From NCBI GenBank assembly GCA_964576435.1, contig CAZNUP010000001.1, positions 226,345-290,344 of the forward strand: a stretch of 64,000 nucleotides of DNA, in the 5' to 3' direction. Shown piece after piece: positions 50,937 to 60,256 of the stretch. Each line of letters opens with the position of its first letter. Position 1 is the first letter of the stretch. The notes under the pieces were generated by a model that searched no databases, was not told the origin of the DNA, and saw only the letters and a list, made by a program, of their open reading frames with translations. A program made the position numbers and the translations under genes. The stretch is from an uncultured Gammaproteobacteria bacterium. Its GTDB lineage: Bacteria > Patescibacteriota > Microgenomatia > JAMCZE01.

Positions 50937-51335
50937 GTGACCAAATTTCAGGAATCCGTTATCAATGTTGTAAGTCTAGTTCCCGAAGGGAAAGTGGTTT
51001 CCTATGGTCAAGTTGCCTTATATGTTGGTTTACCACGAGCTGCAAGAGAAGTGGGCTGGGTATTAAAAAGCCTTGAAGAAGCAGTGGATCTACCATGGTG
51101 GCGTGTAATCAACAATGAAGGAAGAATTTCCATTAAAGGTAATAAATATAATGACGCGGATACCCAAAGAAAACTATTAAAAGCAGAAGGTGTTGAAGTG
51201 TCAGATCTTTACGAATTAGACATTGAAAAATATCGTTGGGTAGCTTCCAAAGAAGAACTCCAAAAACTCCAACTGGAAAATGACTACATTGATATGGTGC
51301 TAAAAAAATACTCACTTGCCAATACTCCATTCTGA
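50937..51335 (+). CDS. alkyltransferase-like protein (ATL/YbaZ type)
   Basis: VPEGKVVSYGQVA, AAREVG, PWWRV (Trp replacing the catalytic Cys of PCHRV), Q..LL.AEGV. Confidence 0.88.
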   Translation: MTKFQESVINVVSLVPEGKVVSYGQVALYVGLPRAAREVGWVLKSLEEAVDLPWWRVINNEGRISIKGNKYNDADTQRKLLKAEGVEVSDLYELDIEKYRWVASKEELQKLQLENDYIDMVLKKYSLANTPF

Positions 51336-51349
51336 GGAAAACATGAATC

Positions 51350-51835
51350 TTATTGTTTGCTTTCTTCTTGAAGATTTTTAGCCCAAATCTCGATGAGATT
51401 TAAAACTCCGGCCTCATACGCTTGTTTTATTATTGGGTCATCTTTAAACTCTTGTGGAGCCATCATTATTATTTCATTGAAGCCTTTTTCAAATGCACGA
51501 TATTGACTATTTAATTCTGGATCGCCATTTAATTGTTCTCCAATTTGTCTCATATTCTCCAACACCATCTCCTCTTTTAATTTCCTTTTATTTTCAGCCC
51601 AATCTTTAGCTTCGACACCTCCAGCCGCATGTGCTGCTGGCTCCAGAACAGTCCTGCTTGTCTTGTTTGCGTTGCCAATGCTATTAGATGTTCTAAAAAT
51701 TTGAAATGCTTGGAGACCTCTAGGTTTGTCTACAACCTCACGAGTTAAAACAGCTGTTGCAGACAAGGTCTGAATGTCTAATAATTCGTAATTAAAGGCT
51801 CCGAGTTTTGGTTCAGGTAAATCTTTCCAGCTCAT
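51350..51835 (-). CDS. hypothetical protein downstream of tRNA-Pro
   Basis: ORF from MSWKDLP; the longer track ORF runs through the tRNA and is rejected. Confidence 0.6.
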   Translation of the reverse strand: MSWKDLPEPKLGAFNYELLDIQTLSATAVLTREVVDKPRGLQAFQIFRTSNSIGNANKTSRTVLEPAAHAAGGVEAKDWAENKRKLKEEMVLENMRQIGEQLNGDPELNSQYRAFEKGFNEIIMMAPQEFKDDPIIKQAYEAGVLNLIEIWAKNLQEESKQ

Positions 51836-51859
51836 ATGTTTGACCATTTTAACATATTT

Positions 51860-51933
51860 TGGTCGGGGAGCCGAGAATCGGACTCGGACTGCCAGACCCC
51901 CAGCCTGGCGCGCTACCACTACGCCACTCCCCG
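51860..51933 (-). tRNA. tRNA-Pro(GGG)
   Basis: CGGGGAG/CTCCCCG acceptor stem, A73, encoded CCA; anticodon arm CCAGG-CTGGGGG-TCTGG; T arm CCGAG-TCCGATT-CTCGG. Confidence 0.92.
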
Positions 51934-52024
51934 GTAACAAACATGATTTTAACATAATAAATCGGGCGTGATCTCTTTTGACCCAATTGACTAGTCATCT
52001 TATAGGAGTTTAAATACGGCCATT

Positions 52025-53122
52025 ATGGCAAAGAGTAAATCTTCCGATGACCTAGCACCAGTTTCCCAAGCTTCTGATCAAAGTGCCAAGCTTTCCGCAG
52101 TAAAAATAGCCATGGAGCAAATTGAAAAGCAATATGGCAAAGGTTCGATTATGAAGATGGGAGAAGCCGCTCCAAAAATGACAACTGACGTCATCTCAAC
52201 AGGGGTCATGCCTCTCGATCTAGCCTTAGGTGTGGGCGGACTTCCAAGAGGAAGAATTATTGAAATATATGGCCCTGAGGCCTCAGGTAAAACTACAGTT
52301 ATGCTTTCTGCAATTGCCCAAACTCAAAAAGCTGGCGGTGTCGCCGCTTTCATTGATGCCGAGCATGCTCTTGATCCACAATGGGCAGAAAAATTAGGAA
52401 TTAATCTCAATGAACTTTTAATTTCTCAACCAGACACTGGAGAACAAGCATTGGAAATTGCAGAAACATTAATTCGTTCTGGTGGTGTTGATTTAATTGT
52501 TGTTGACTCAGTTGCCGCCTTAGTTCCAAGAGCTGAAATTGAAGGTGAAATGGGAGATTCTGTAATGGGTCTTCAAGCAAGGTTAATGTCTCAAGCTTTA
52601 AGAAAGCTAACAGGTGTCATTAATAAATCTAAAACAGTTGTTATCTTTACAAACCAACTTCGCCAAAAAATTGGTGTCATGTTTGGTAATCCTGAAACCA
52701 CACCAGGTGGATTGGCAATGAAGTTTTATGCTTCAATTCGCATGGACATTAGAAAAATTGAACAGATAAAAGATGGGGATAATGTCATTGGTTCAAGACA
52801 TCGTGTCAAAGTTGTTAAAAACAAAGTTGCTCCACCATTTAGAGTTGCTGAGTTTAATATTTATGGAGCAACTGGTCCTTCTTATGAAGACGGGTTAATT
52901 GATGTTGGTGTAGAACTTGGAGTTATAAACAAGTCAGGGGCATTCCTAAAATATAAAGATCAAATGCTTGGTCAGGGAAGAGATGCCGCAAGAATGTATC
53001 TTGTGGAGAATAAAAAGATTTCAAAAGATATTTACGAAGAAATCATAAAGAAAGTTAAAGATGGTGGTGCTTCAGAAAAAGTAGTTCTTGGTGAAGAAGG
53101 CGAAGAAGAAGCCGAAGAATAG
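52025..53122 (+). CDS. recA: recombinase RecA
   Basis: [36 protein letters not shown]. Confidence 0.98.
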   Translation: MAKSKSSDDLAPVSQASDQSAKLSAVKIAMEQIEKQYGKGSIMKMGEAAPKMTTDVISTGVMPLDLALGVGGLPRGRIIEIYGPEASGKTTVMLSAIAQTQKAGGVAAFIDAEHALDPQWAEKLGINLNELLISQPDTGEQALEIAETLIRSGGVDLIVVDSVAALVPRAEIEGEMGDSVMGLQARLMSQALRKLTGVINKSKTVVIFTNQLRQKIGVMFGNPETTPGGLAMKFYASIRMDIRKIEQIKDGDNVIGSRHRVKVVKNKVAPPFRVAEFNIYGATGPSYEDGLIDVGVELGVINKSGAFLKYKDQMLGQGRDAARMYLVENKKISKDIYEEIIKKVKDGGASEKVVLGEEGEEEAEE

Positions 53123-53123
53123 T

Positions 53124-53906
53124 TTAAGAAGCACTCGTATAATTTTTTAATCCCCATCTCCACATATATTCTGAAAGAATTGTAAATACTCCTATTATCA
53201 CAAAGTAAATTAAAACAAAGTTGGTGTATTGACTCTTTTGCAAAAATACAATTGTTGGAACAGTAGTTAGAAGAGCGATTGGGAAAATAATAATAGCTGA
53301 CAAATAAGCCTTTCCTAAAAATGAATCTGCTGGGTATTTCATGGCCTGCTGAAAATTAAAAAGTGGTCCTTTAGTTGCTTCAATTTTTCCGTACTTAAAA
53401 TTCAAAGACAAGCAAATTACATCAATACAATGAATTAACCAAATAGAAGTTGCAATGACTAAGACATATAAAATAGCCGTAAAAGCAGAAAATCTTATGT
53501 TAAATGTTGAAACCACATAAAAAAGTAGGGTGATCCCTAGGGCGACAGCTACCAAATTATTTATATTTCCACCTCTAAGGAAAGCTTTTGCCCTAGAATT
53601 TACAGGGGTTGTTAGGACATAATCAAAGGTTCCCTCGGCAATATCTTTGTATGTTACATTGACTCCTCTCCATAAAAAGAAAAAAGCAGCATATGTAAAT
53701 ATCTCAAATGTAGCAATCAAAACCCAATAATCACCAAGGCTCCATCCAGGAAAATGAAAATTTATTGAGATTAAGTAAGCAGTTATTAAATGTAAAACAA
53801 AAAAACAGAGCGATCCAGCTAACTCCATTATCAGGTTAAATTTAAGAGAAAGACCTTTCTCAAGGCGCATTTTATAAACATAAAATAGATATTTATTATT
53901 TTTCAT
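53124..53906 (-). CDS. ABC-2 family permease (DUF990-like)
   Basis: About 6 TM, GTFDYVLTTPVN, YP..F, W..GLKNYTSAS. Confidence 0.8.
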   Translation of the reverse strand: MKNNKYLFYVYKMRLEKGLSLKFNLIMELAGSLCFFVLHLITAYLISINFHFPGWSLGDYWVLIATFEIFTYAAFFFLWRGVNVTYKDIAEGTFDYVLTTPVNSRAKAFLRGGNINNLVAVALGITLLFYVVSTFNIRFSAFTAILYVLVIATSIWLIHCIDVICLSLNFKYGKIEATKGPLFNFQQAMKYPADSFLGKAYLSAIIIFPIALLTTVPTIVFLQKSQYTNFVLIYFVIIGVFTILSEYMWRWGLKNYTSAS

Positions 53907-54676
53907 TAATTAGCAGTAAATGAATATTTTTTAATCGCTCGTCCAAAAAACAAGTGAATAGAAATAGCACTAATTATTAGCCAAACAATTGCAATAACAA
54001 CTTCATTTATTTGAAGCCCTGTCGTTAAAACTCGAGTGGGCCAACTAACGAGGTAGGGGAAAAATGTTAGTTCCAAAATTTGATTAATTTGCAGGGGAAA
54101 AAGTACATAAGGCAAAGCTATACCTCCAAGTAAAAGTACTAGGACATTTTTTACATTACTAATTGTCCAAAATTCATCAATCCAAAAAGAAAATATCCCA
54201 ATAAAGAAAGCGAAATTAAAGGATAATATAAAGCACATAACAACAGAGAAAATTAGTTGTGATATAAGTAACGGGCTGAAAACCAAGCTAGTTCTATCAA
54301 GAAAAATCCAAAGTAAAACTATAGCTGCAGGAATGAAAAAGATCATTGAAACAGTTTTTTCAGAAATCTCCTTAACTAAAATCCATTTATACAAACTAAT
54401 TGGTTTCATTAAGAAGTTATTTATCTCTCCGGAAGTCGTTAATTGGCTAATATAGTCTTGAACATTAACATTCAAAATTGGTAAAAACAGGAGAAGAATC
54501 AAATAATAGTTAACTATTCCAGGTAGAGCCACACCTGAAATTGATTGGGCTTGTGACAATGCCAAAATTGTAATCGTTGGTGCAATAAAATTATAAAGAA
54601 TTAATGATATTACATGAAGTCTATAACTAATAAACTGCGAAAAAACTTGCTGGAAGAGGATGTTGTATTTTCGCAT
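53906..54676 (-). CDS. ABC-2 family permease (DUF990-like), paired
   Basis: SGEINNFLMKPIS, LLGGIALP..LFP, FFPY; coupled to the downstream permease. Confidence 0.8.
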   Translation of the reverse strand: MRKYNILFQQVFSQFISYRLHVISLILYNFIAPTITILALSQAQSISGVALPGIVNYYLILLLFLPILNVNVQDYISQLTTSGEINNFLMKPISLYKWILVKEISEKTVSMIFFIPAAIVLLWIFLDRTSLVFSPLLISQLIFSVVMCFILSFNFAFFIGIFSFWIDEFWTISNVKNVLVLLLGGIALPYVLFPLQINQILELTFFPYLVSWPTRVLTTGLQINEVVIAIVWLIISAISIHLFFGRAIKKYSFTAN

Positions 54677-54690
54677 GTTAATATTATCTC

Positions 54691-55302
54691 ATGAAGATCA
54701 CTAAGCTCGAATATCAAAAAAAGGATCCAAATAGGGTCAACATCTTTGTTGACGACAAATTTGCAACTGGTATCACGGCAGACGACCTTTTAAGGCTCGG
54801 TCTCTATAAAGATAAAGAAATAACCCACGAGGAACTAGTAAAAATAATTGATACCAGCGATTTTGGAAAGTTGTTCAATAAAGCACTTAACTTCCTTTCT
54901 TATAGACCCAGAAGTGAATGGGAAATTCGTTTCAAATTTAGGACAGAAGACAAAGATTTGTTAGATAAAGTGGTTGAAAAGTTGAAATCAATAAATCAGA
55001 TAAATGACGAAAACTTTGCCAGGTGGTTTGTGGATCAAAGACTGACATTTAAACCAGAAGGAAAACGCGCTCTTAGGTTTGAGCTAAAGAAGAAGGGAAT
55101 TGACGACAAGACCATTGCAAAAGTCTTAGAGGAAAACCAGTCATCAGACTATGAATTAGCCCTCCTTGCACTAAAAAAGAAGTCTCGTATCAAAGATCGG
55201 GAAAAGCTTCAAAGATACCTTGCTTCCAGAGGTTTTTCTTGGGATGTTATCAATGAGGCACTGGCAAAAGTGCCTAAAAAGGAGTATGATATAGACAGTT
55301 AG
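54691..55302 (+). CDS. recX: regulatory protein RecX
   Basis: ALNFLSYRPRSEWE, INDENFA, ELKKKGI, YLASRGFS. Confidence 0.92.
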   Translation: MKITKLEYQKKDPNRVNIFVDDKFATGITADDLLRLGLYKDKEITHEELVKIIDTSDFGKLFNKALNFLSYRPRSEWEIRFKFRTEDKDLLDKVVEKLKSINQINDENFARWFVDQRLTFKPEGKRALRFELKKKGIDDKTIAKVLEENQSSDYELALLALKKKSRIKDREKLQRYLASRGFSWDVINEALAKVPKKEYDIDS

Positions 55303-55421
55303 TAAAACATATTATCTAGAGTCTTTTTGCTACACATGAAAGAAATCAGGGCCAAAATCGCAGGCATCTTCAAAAGGAAGTAAACCTCCTTTTCTTTCTT
55401 TGGGCAAAAAACTAAAAATTA

Positions 55422-56933
55422 ATGGCATTTTTTTCTCGTCTCACCAATTCAGTTAATAAATCAAAAAAGAAATCCCAACCAAAGCAACAATCTGTTCACA
55501 CCCCAAGGCAACCTCAAGTAGCTTCCCCAGAGGTTCTATTTCAAGCACAGACCGAAGCACGAGAAATTGTGTTCGCCGCCAAAGAGGAAGCAATAAAAAT
55601 AAAGTCTCAAGCCGAGGAAGAATCACGAAAAATTCGTGCTGAGATTGTTGAAATTGAAAGACATGTTGCCCAAAAAGAACAATCCTTAGATCAACGCTTA
55701 AAAAAGTTAGAGACAGACGAACTACACGTTATAGAAGAAAAAAAGCAGATTGAAGAGCTTCGTGAAGAGTCAGAAAAAACAAAAGCAGAACTTCTGGTTA
55801 GATTGCAAAAGATTGCAGGCCTTTCTGTAGAGGAAGCTAAAGAAAAGATTCTCACAGCTGTCGAAGAAAAATCTAGAAATGAAGCTGGAAAAGTTGCCAA
55901 GGGAATTATTGATGAGGCAAAGGAAGATGCAAAAGCAAAAGCTAGAGAAATTCTAGTCACTGAAATGATGCATGGCGCAACTGATTATGTTGCTGAATAT
56001 ACAGTTTCAGTGGTAAGTGTCCCGAACGAAGAAGTTAAGGGAAGAATCATTGGAAAAGAAGGTAGAAATATTAGGGCCTTTGAAAAAGCAACTGGCGTTG
56101 ATGTGGAACTTGATGAGGAAGGAGTCATTAGACTTTCAAGCTTTGATGCAGTCAGAAGAGAAATAGCTCGAGTGTCTTTGGAAAGATTAATGAAGGACAC
56201 CAGGATTCAACCAGTTCGTATTGAAGAAGTAGTCTTGCAGGTTAAAAAGGAGTTGGAACGAATCATGTTTGAAGAAGGCGAGAAACTTTGTCATGCAGTT
56301 GGAGTCTACAATTTACCAAGACAAATTGTAGAAGTCTTGGGTAAATTTAAATATCGTTTCTCTTATGGTCAAAATATGATCCTCCACACTTTAGAAGAGA
56401 CTAAAGTTGGAATTGCTATTGCTCAAGAAGTGGGTGCGGACGTCAATGTAGTCAAACTTGGTTGTCTTCTTCATGACATTGGAAAAGTCATAGATTCTGA
56501 AGAAGGTTCCCATGTGACCTTAGGTGCCGAATATCTAAGAAGAATGGGGATTCCAGAGAAAGTAGTAGCTTGTGTTGAGGAACATCACGAAGACAAACCT
56601 TTCTCATCTGTTGAATCCATGATTGTTTATCTTTCGGATGCAATTTCTGGAAGTAGACCAGGAGCAAGATATGAAGACCTTGAAAAGTACCTTGCTAGGA
56701 TGAAACAACTAGAGGAAATTTGTAATAGTTTCCCAGGTGTTACAGAGTCTTGGGTTTTCCAAGCAGGTAGGGAAATTAGAGTTCTGGTTGATCCAGAAAA
56801 AATGACAGACAACGAATCTGTTATTTTAGCTCAAAAAATTAAAGAGCGAATTGAAGCAGAGATAAAAGAATTCCCAGGTCAGATTAAAGTCACTGTAATT
56901 AGAGAGCTAAGGATAACTGAAACTGCCAAGTAA
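55422..56933 (+). CDS. rny: ribonuclease Y
   Basis: Coiled coil, KH motif KGRIIGKEGRNIR, HD motif LLHDIGK, AISGSRPGAR, QAGREIRV. Confidence 0.95.
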   Translation: MAFFSRLTNSVNKSKKKSQPKQQSVHTPRQPQVASPEVLFQAQTEAREIVFAAKEEAIKIKSQAEEESRKIRAEIVEIERHVAQKEQSLDQRLKKLETDELHVIEEKKQIEELREESEKTKAELLVRLQKIAGLSVEEAKEKILTAVEEKSRNEAGKVAKGIIDEAKEDAKAKAREILVTEMMHGATDYVAEYTVSVVSVPNEEVKGRIIGKEGRNIRAFEKATGVDVELDEEGVIRLSSFDAVRREIARVSLERLMKDTRIQPVRIEEVVLQVKKELERIMFEEGEKLCHAVGVYNLPRQIVEVLGKFKYRFSYGQNMILHTLEETKVGIAIAQEVGADVNVVKLGCLLHDIGKVIDSEEGSHVTLGAEYLRRMGIPEKVVACVEEHHEDKPFSSVESMIVYLSDAISGSRPGARYEDLEKYLARMKQLEEICNSFPGVTESWVFQAGREIRVLVDPEKMTDNESVILAQKIKERIEAEIKEFPGQIKVTVIRELRITETAK

Positions 56934-56935
56934 AA

Positions 56936-57829
56936 GTGACTAGAAAAAAACTTGCGATCATTCTTCTTGTTTTAGTTGTGCTTCTTGGGGCAGGTCTTCT
57001 CATAAAAACATTTGCCTTAGATCGTGGAGTTAATGCGTTTTCAGGGTTAAAAGTCGACTCGATTCCCCAGGCCGATGTCTACGTTGATGGAAAGGTAGTA
57101 GGAAAAACCCCGTACGAAAACGCCAAAATGACACCTGGAGAGTATTCTTTGAAACTTGTTGTAACTGGAACTACTGGGAGTTTTTTTCCTTGGGAAACCA
57201 AAGTTAAATTAGTTCCTGAAAGCCTGACTTATGTGAATAGAACTCTTGGCGAAACTAGTAGTTTGTCAGGTCATCAAATTGTCTGGCTTGAAAAACTATC
57301 AGACCCAAATGGTAAAGAAATTGCCGTTGTTTCAAATCCAGACGGCGCCACGATTGAAGTTGACGGACTTGATGAAGGAACTGCACCCAAAATAATAACT
57401 AACGTAGCGCTTGGTGATCACACCATAGTCATCTCTAAAACTGGTTACGGAGATCAAGTGATTAGTGGTAATGTGGCTAATGGATTTAGGTTAAACATCT
57501 CCGTAAAGCTTGCTAAAGCAGATGACGATCTTAAGTTGGACGACGAAAAGATATCCTCAGATAGTGCCAAACTAGCTTCAGTGTCAGCTACACCTACTAA
57601 GACTGCTAGTTCTTCAGGAGGAATGGCCACGCCTTATGTCCTAATTGAAGATACCGGATTAGGTTTCTTAAGGGTTAGAAGTGAAGCTTCATCTGGAAGC
57701 ACTGAAATTGGGAAAGTAAATGTGGGCGAAAAATTCCCTCTACTTTCAGAAAGTTCTGGTTGGACGGAAATAAAAATTGGAACAAGCTCCGGCTGGGTTA
57801 GTGATCAATACGTCCAGAAGTTCAAATAG
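56936..57829 (+). CDS. membrane-anchored PEGA-repeat protein with C-terminal SH3b-like domain
   Basis: TM, two PEGA repeats (SIPQADVYVDG..GKTP; SNPDGATIEVDG), and an LRVRS..GW..GWVS SH3b pattern. Confidence 0.82.
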   Translation: MTRKKLAIILLVLVVLLGAGLLIKTFALDRGVNAFSGLKVDSIPQADVYVDGKVVGKTPYENAKMTPGEYSLKLVVTGTTGSFFPWETKVKLVPESLTYVNRTLGETSSLSGHQIVWLEKLSDPNGKEIAVVSNPDGATIEVDGLDEGTAPKIITNVALGDHTIVISKTGYGDQVISGNVANGFRLNISVKLAKADDDLKLDDEKISSDSAKLASVSATPTKTASSSGGMATPYVLIEDTGLGFLRVRSEASSGSTEIGKVNVGEKFPLLSESSGWTEIKIGTSSGWVSDQYVQKFK

Positions 57830-58771
57830 CTATCTGAGAATATAGATTATTCCAAACAACATTCCCCCAACAATCATAGCGGTAATAATGAGGGGTCTAT
57901 CAGATAATAAGACCTTTTCTGGAGATTCTCCTTCGTTCTTTTCATAAATTAATTGCAAATACCTCATGATTCCATAAATAACAAATGGAATGGTAAGAGT
58001 AAGCCATTTTCTATCTTGAAGAAGCGATTGTGTATCGGCATCAAAAAGATTACTTATACTCCTTGGTAAGTTTGGTGTTGGTGCTAAAAATGCATATAAA
58101 GAGTATGTGATCCATGTTGAGTTAGCAAACATTGAAATATAAACATCAAGCATCTTCTCACTGTAATGAGAAAGTGTTGCCCTTGTTCTAGCTGGCACTC
58201 CATCAGTTCCCGATAGAAGCGTTAATTCTGATCGTCTTTTTCCAATAGCAATAAATAGTGATGCTGAAATCACAGTGAGTAAAAGCCAAATGTTAATGTG
58301 GTACCCAGTTGCCACCTCACCTGCATAAACCCTAATAATAAATCCAGCAGCGATTGTCATTATGTCGAGAAGTATGATGCTCTTCAAATAGAACGAGTAT
58401 CCAAGTTGTAAAGCGACAAATGCTAATACAACGAGTAGAAATGGAAGCGAAATTAAACTGGCTACCAAGCAAGCCCCTATCCCCAAAAGGACGGCCGTAA
58501 AAATACCCAAGTTTTTAGAAATTTTCCCGGCTGCAATTGGTCTGTTTTTCTTAAATGGATGAAGTCGGTCTTTTTCAGCATCGACTAAATCGTTAATATA
58601 GTAGATTGATGAAGAAGCTAAACAGAAAGCAATAAACGCCAGAACTGTTTTGAATAGTAGATCAACATTAAATAATTGGCCAGCAAAGAAAATTGCAGTA
58701 AAGACAATTAGGTTTTTGATCCACTGCCTTGGCCTGGCTTCCTTAAAGAGGTAGTAGAGAGTTTTAGCCAT
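57830..58771 (-). CDS. UbiA family, decaprenyl-phosphate phosphoribosyltransferase-like
   Basis: RPRQWIKN, YYINDLVD..DRLHPFKKNRPIAAG, YSFYLK, GKRRSEL. Confidence 0.85.
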   Translation of the reverse strand: MAKTLYYLFKEARPRQWIKNLIVFTAIFFAGQLFNVDLLFKTVLAFIAFCLASSSIYYINDLVDAEKDRLHPFKKNRPIAAGKISKNLGIFTAVLLGIGACLVASLISLPFLLVVLAFVALQLGYSFYLKSIILLDIMTIAAGFIIRVYAGEVATGYHINIWLLLTVISASLFIAIGKRRSELTLLSGTDGVPARTRATLSHYSEKMLDVYISMFANSTWITYSLYAFLAPTPNLPRSISNLFDADTQSLLQDRKWLTLTIPFVIYGIMRYLQLIYEKNEGESPEKVLLSDRPLIITAMIVGGMLFGIIYILR

Positions 58772-59835
58772 ATAATTGTTCCTAAAAGAGCTACCGCCAC
58801 CACTAAAACTGTAAAGAATTTCTGTTTTGAGTTAACGTTTAGCGCGACTACACCCAATATACCAGACACACCCCAGTAAAACAATGCAATTTGTCTTTTG
58901 CTCCAACCAGCCTCCAAAAGCCGGTGGTGTAAGTGGTTCCTTCCTCCAACTGTTGGATTTTGACCCTTTGATATTCTAGAAAGACCGACATATATAGAAT
59001 CGATTGCAGGTATTGCAAGAACAAGGAGTGCTGTCCCGAATTTAACTGACGATAAGATAGCAAGAGTTCCTAGAAGATACCCAGCCATTGCCTTTCCCCC
59101 ATATCCAGGCATTATTTTTTGAGGGAAAAAATTCCAAGGTAAAAATCCTAAGTACGCTCCAGCTGTAATAAAGGCAAGAGTTGTTCCTGTCCAAGCAGGA
59201 AAATTGTCAATTGAAATTTGGCTAAATGATAAAAGTCCAATCACAATCGCAGTAATAACCACAAAGCCTGGCATCTGCCCATCAACTCCAGAGCTCCACC
59301 CAATCATATTCATTGACCAGACTAGCCAAATAATCGCCAGAATATCTGCAATTGGTAAGATACTGTGAGGGCCCAAAAAGTCAAAAGAAATTCGCCAGGT
59401 ATCAAATCTAAGAATCGACCCATCAAGTGGGTTAGTAACAAACCCAAGGCTAGCTCCTCCCGCTACAGCCAAAACTGCTGCAAATATGTTTACTCCAAGT
59501 CGAACATACGGAGGAACATCTTTCTTATCATCTAAGAGCCCTATGAATGTTAGAAGGAGAGCTCCAAGCATAATTCCAGCAATTCCCTTTGCAAATGGAA
59601 TAAAGATTACTGTTGTAATAAAAAGTCCAAGAAAAATAGCTAGTCCCCCCGCTCTTGGAATAACCCGCGTTTCTGTATGAGCTGGATGAGGTCTTTTTTT
59701 GGGATCGTCAACAAGTCCAAAATATTTAGCGATCTGAATAACGGCCGGGACAGAAATGCAAACCAGTATCGCACTCACGAAGAGGGGAAGTGCAGCAATA
59801 TTTCTAAAGAGAGGTGACAAAATTAAATTTTCCAT
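58708..59835 (-). CDS. WecA/TagO/MraY-like polyprenyl-phosphate sugar-1-phosphate transferase
   Basis: PRAGG, GLLDDK, GVDG, FLPWNF, HLHHRL. Confidence 0.88.
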   Translation of the reverse strand: MENLILSPLFRNIAALPLFVSAILVCISVPAVIQIAKYFGLVDDPKKRPHPAHTETRVIPRAGGLAIFLGLFITTVIFIPFAKGIAGIMLGALLLTFIGLLDDKKDVPPYVRLGVNIFAAVLAVAGGASLGFVTNPLDGSILRFDTWRISFDFLGPHSILPIADILAIIWLVWSMNMIGWSSGVDGQMPGFVVITAIVIGLLSFSQISIDNFPAWTGTTLAFITAGAYLGFLPWNFFPQKIMPGYGGKAMAGYLLGTLAILSSVKFGTALLVLAIPAIDSIYVGLSRISKGQNPTVGGRNHLHHRLLEAGWSKRQIALFYWGVSGILGVVALNVNSKQKFFTVLVVAVALLGTIIWLKLSTTSLRKPGQGSGSKT

Positions 59836-59838
59836 TCT

Positions 59839-60183
59839 TTAGCTAATTAAGTTAACTATATTTACAACAGTTATTGTTGTAAGAATCGAAAGACAAGCGG
59901 CCGTAGCAAGTAAAAGATAACTAAACACTTTGTCTTCCTCTTTTATAAAAAGTGTAATTACAAAGTTAATTATTCCAAATAAGAATGTTGCAATAAGAGG
60001 CAGGAAAATATAATTTTTATTAGCTAGTTGTCCCTCACCCCAAATATGGCTATAGAATAGAGGGATTTGTGAAGGTAGATTACTAATATTGATTCCAACA
60101 TATATTAAACCGATAGCTAGTGTTAAGGCCCAAACTAGGCATAAGGCGACAACATACTTGTCACTAAATATTTTCTTAATCAT
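59839..60183 (-). CDS. small membrane protein (about 3 TM)
   Basis: LPSQIPLFYS..WGE.QLA motif; start moved to MIKKIF. Confidence 0.7.
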   Translation of the reverse strand: MIKKIFSDKYVVALCLVWALTLAIGLIYVGINISNLPSQIPLFYSHIWGEGQLANKNYIFLPLIATFLFGIINFVITLFIKEEDKVFSYLLLATAACLSILTTITVVNIVNLIS

Positions 60184-60256
60184 TGTCACCTGCGGGTTTT
60201 GAAAACTTGCCGCAGGAGACATGTCACTGATGCCTTTAAACCTTGATGGAAAGGTT

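Noticed and set aside
51836-51955. N-terminal extension of the 51350..51955 ORF
   Set aside because: It runs through the tRNA-Pro gene; the true start is downstream of the tRNA.
51846-51956. TATGTTAAAAT direct repeat flanking tRNA-Pro as an att site
   Set aside because: No integrase and no duplicated tRNA 3' end are seen; each copy reads as an extended -10 box (TGtTAAAAT).
51934-52024. LexA box upstream of recA
   Set aside because: Only short palindromes (TGACTAGTCA) occur; there is no convincing GAAC-N4-GTTC or CTG-N10-CAG match.
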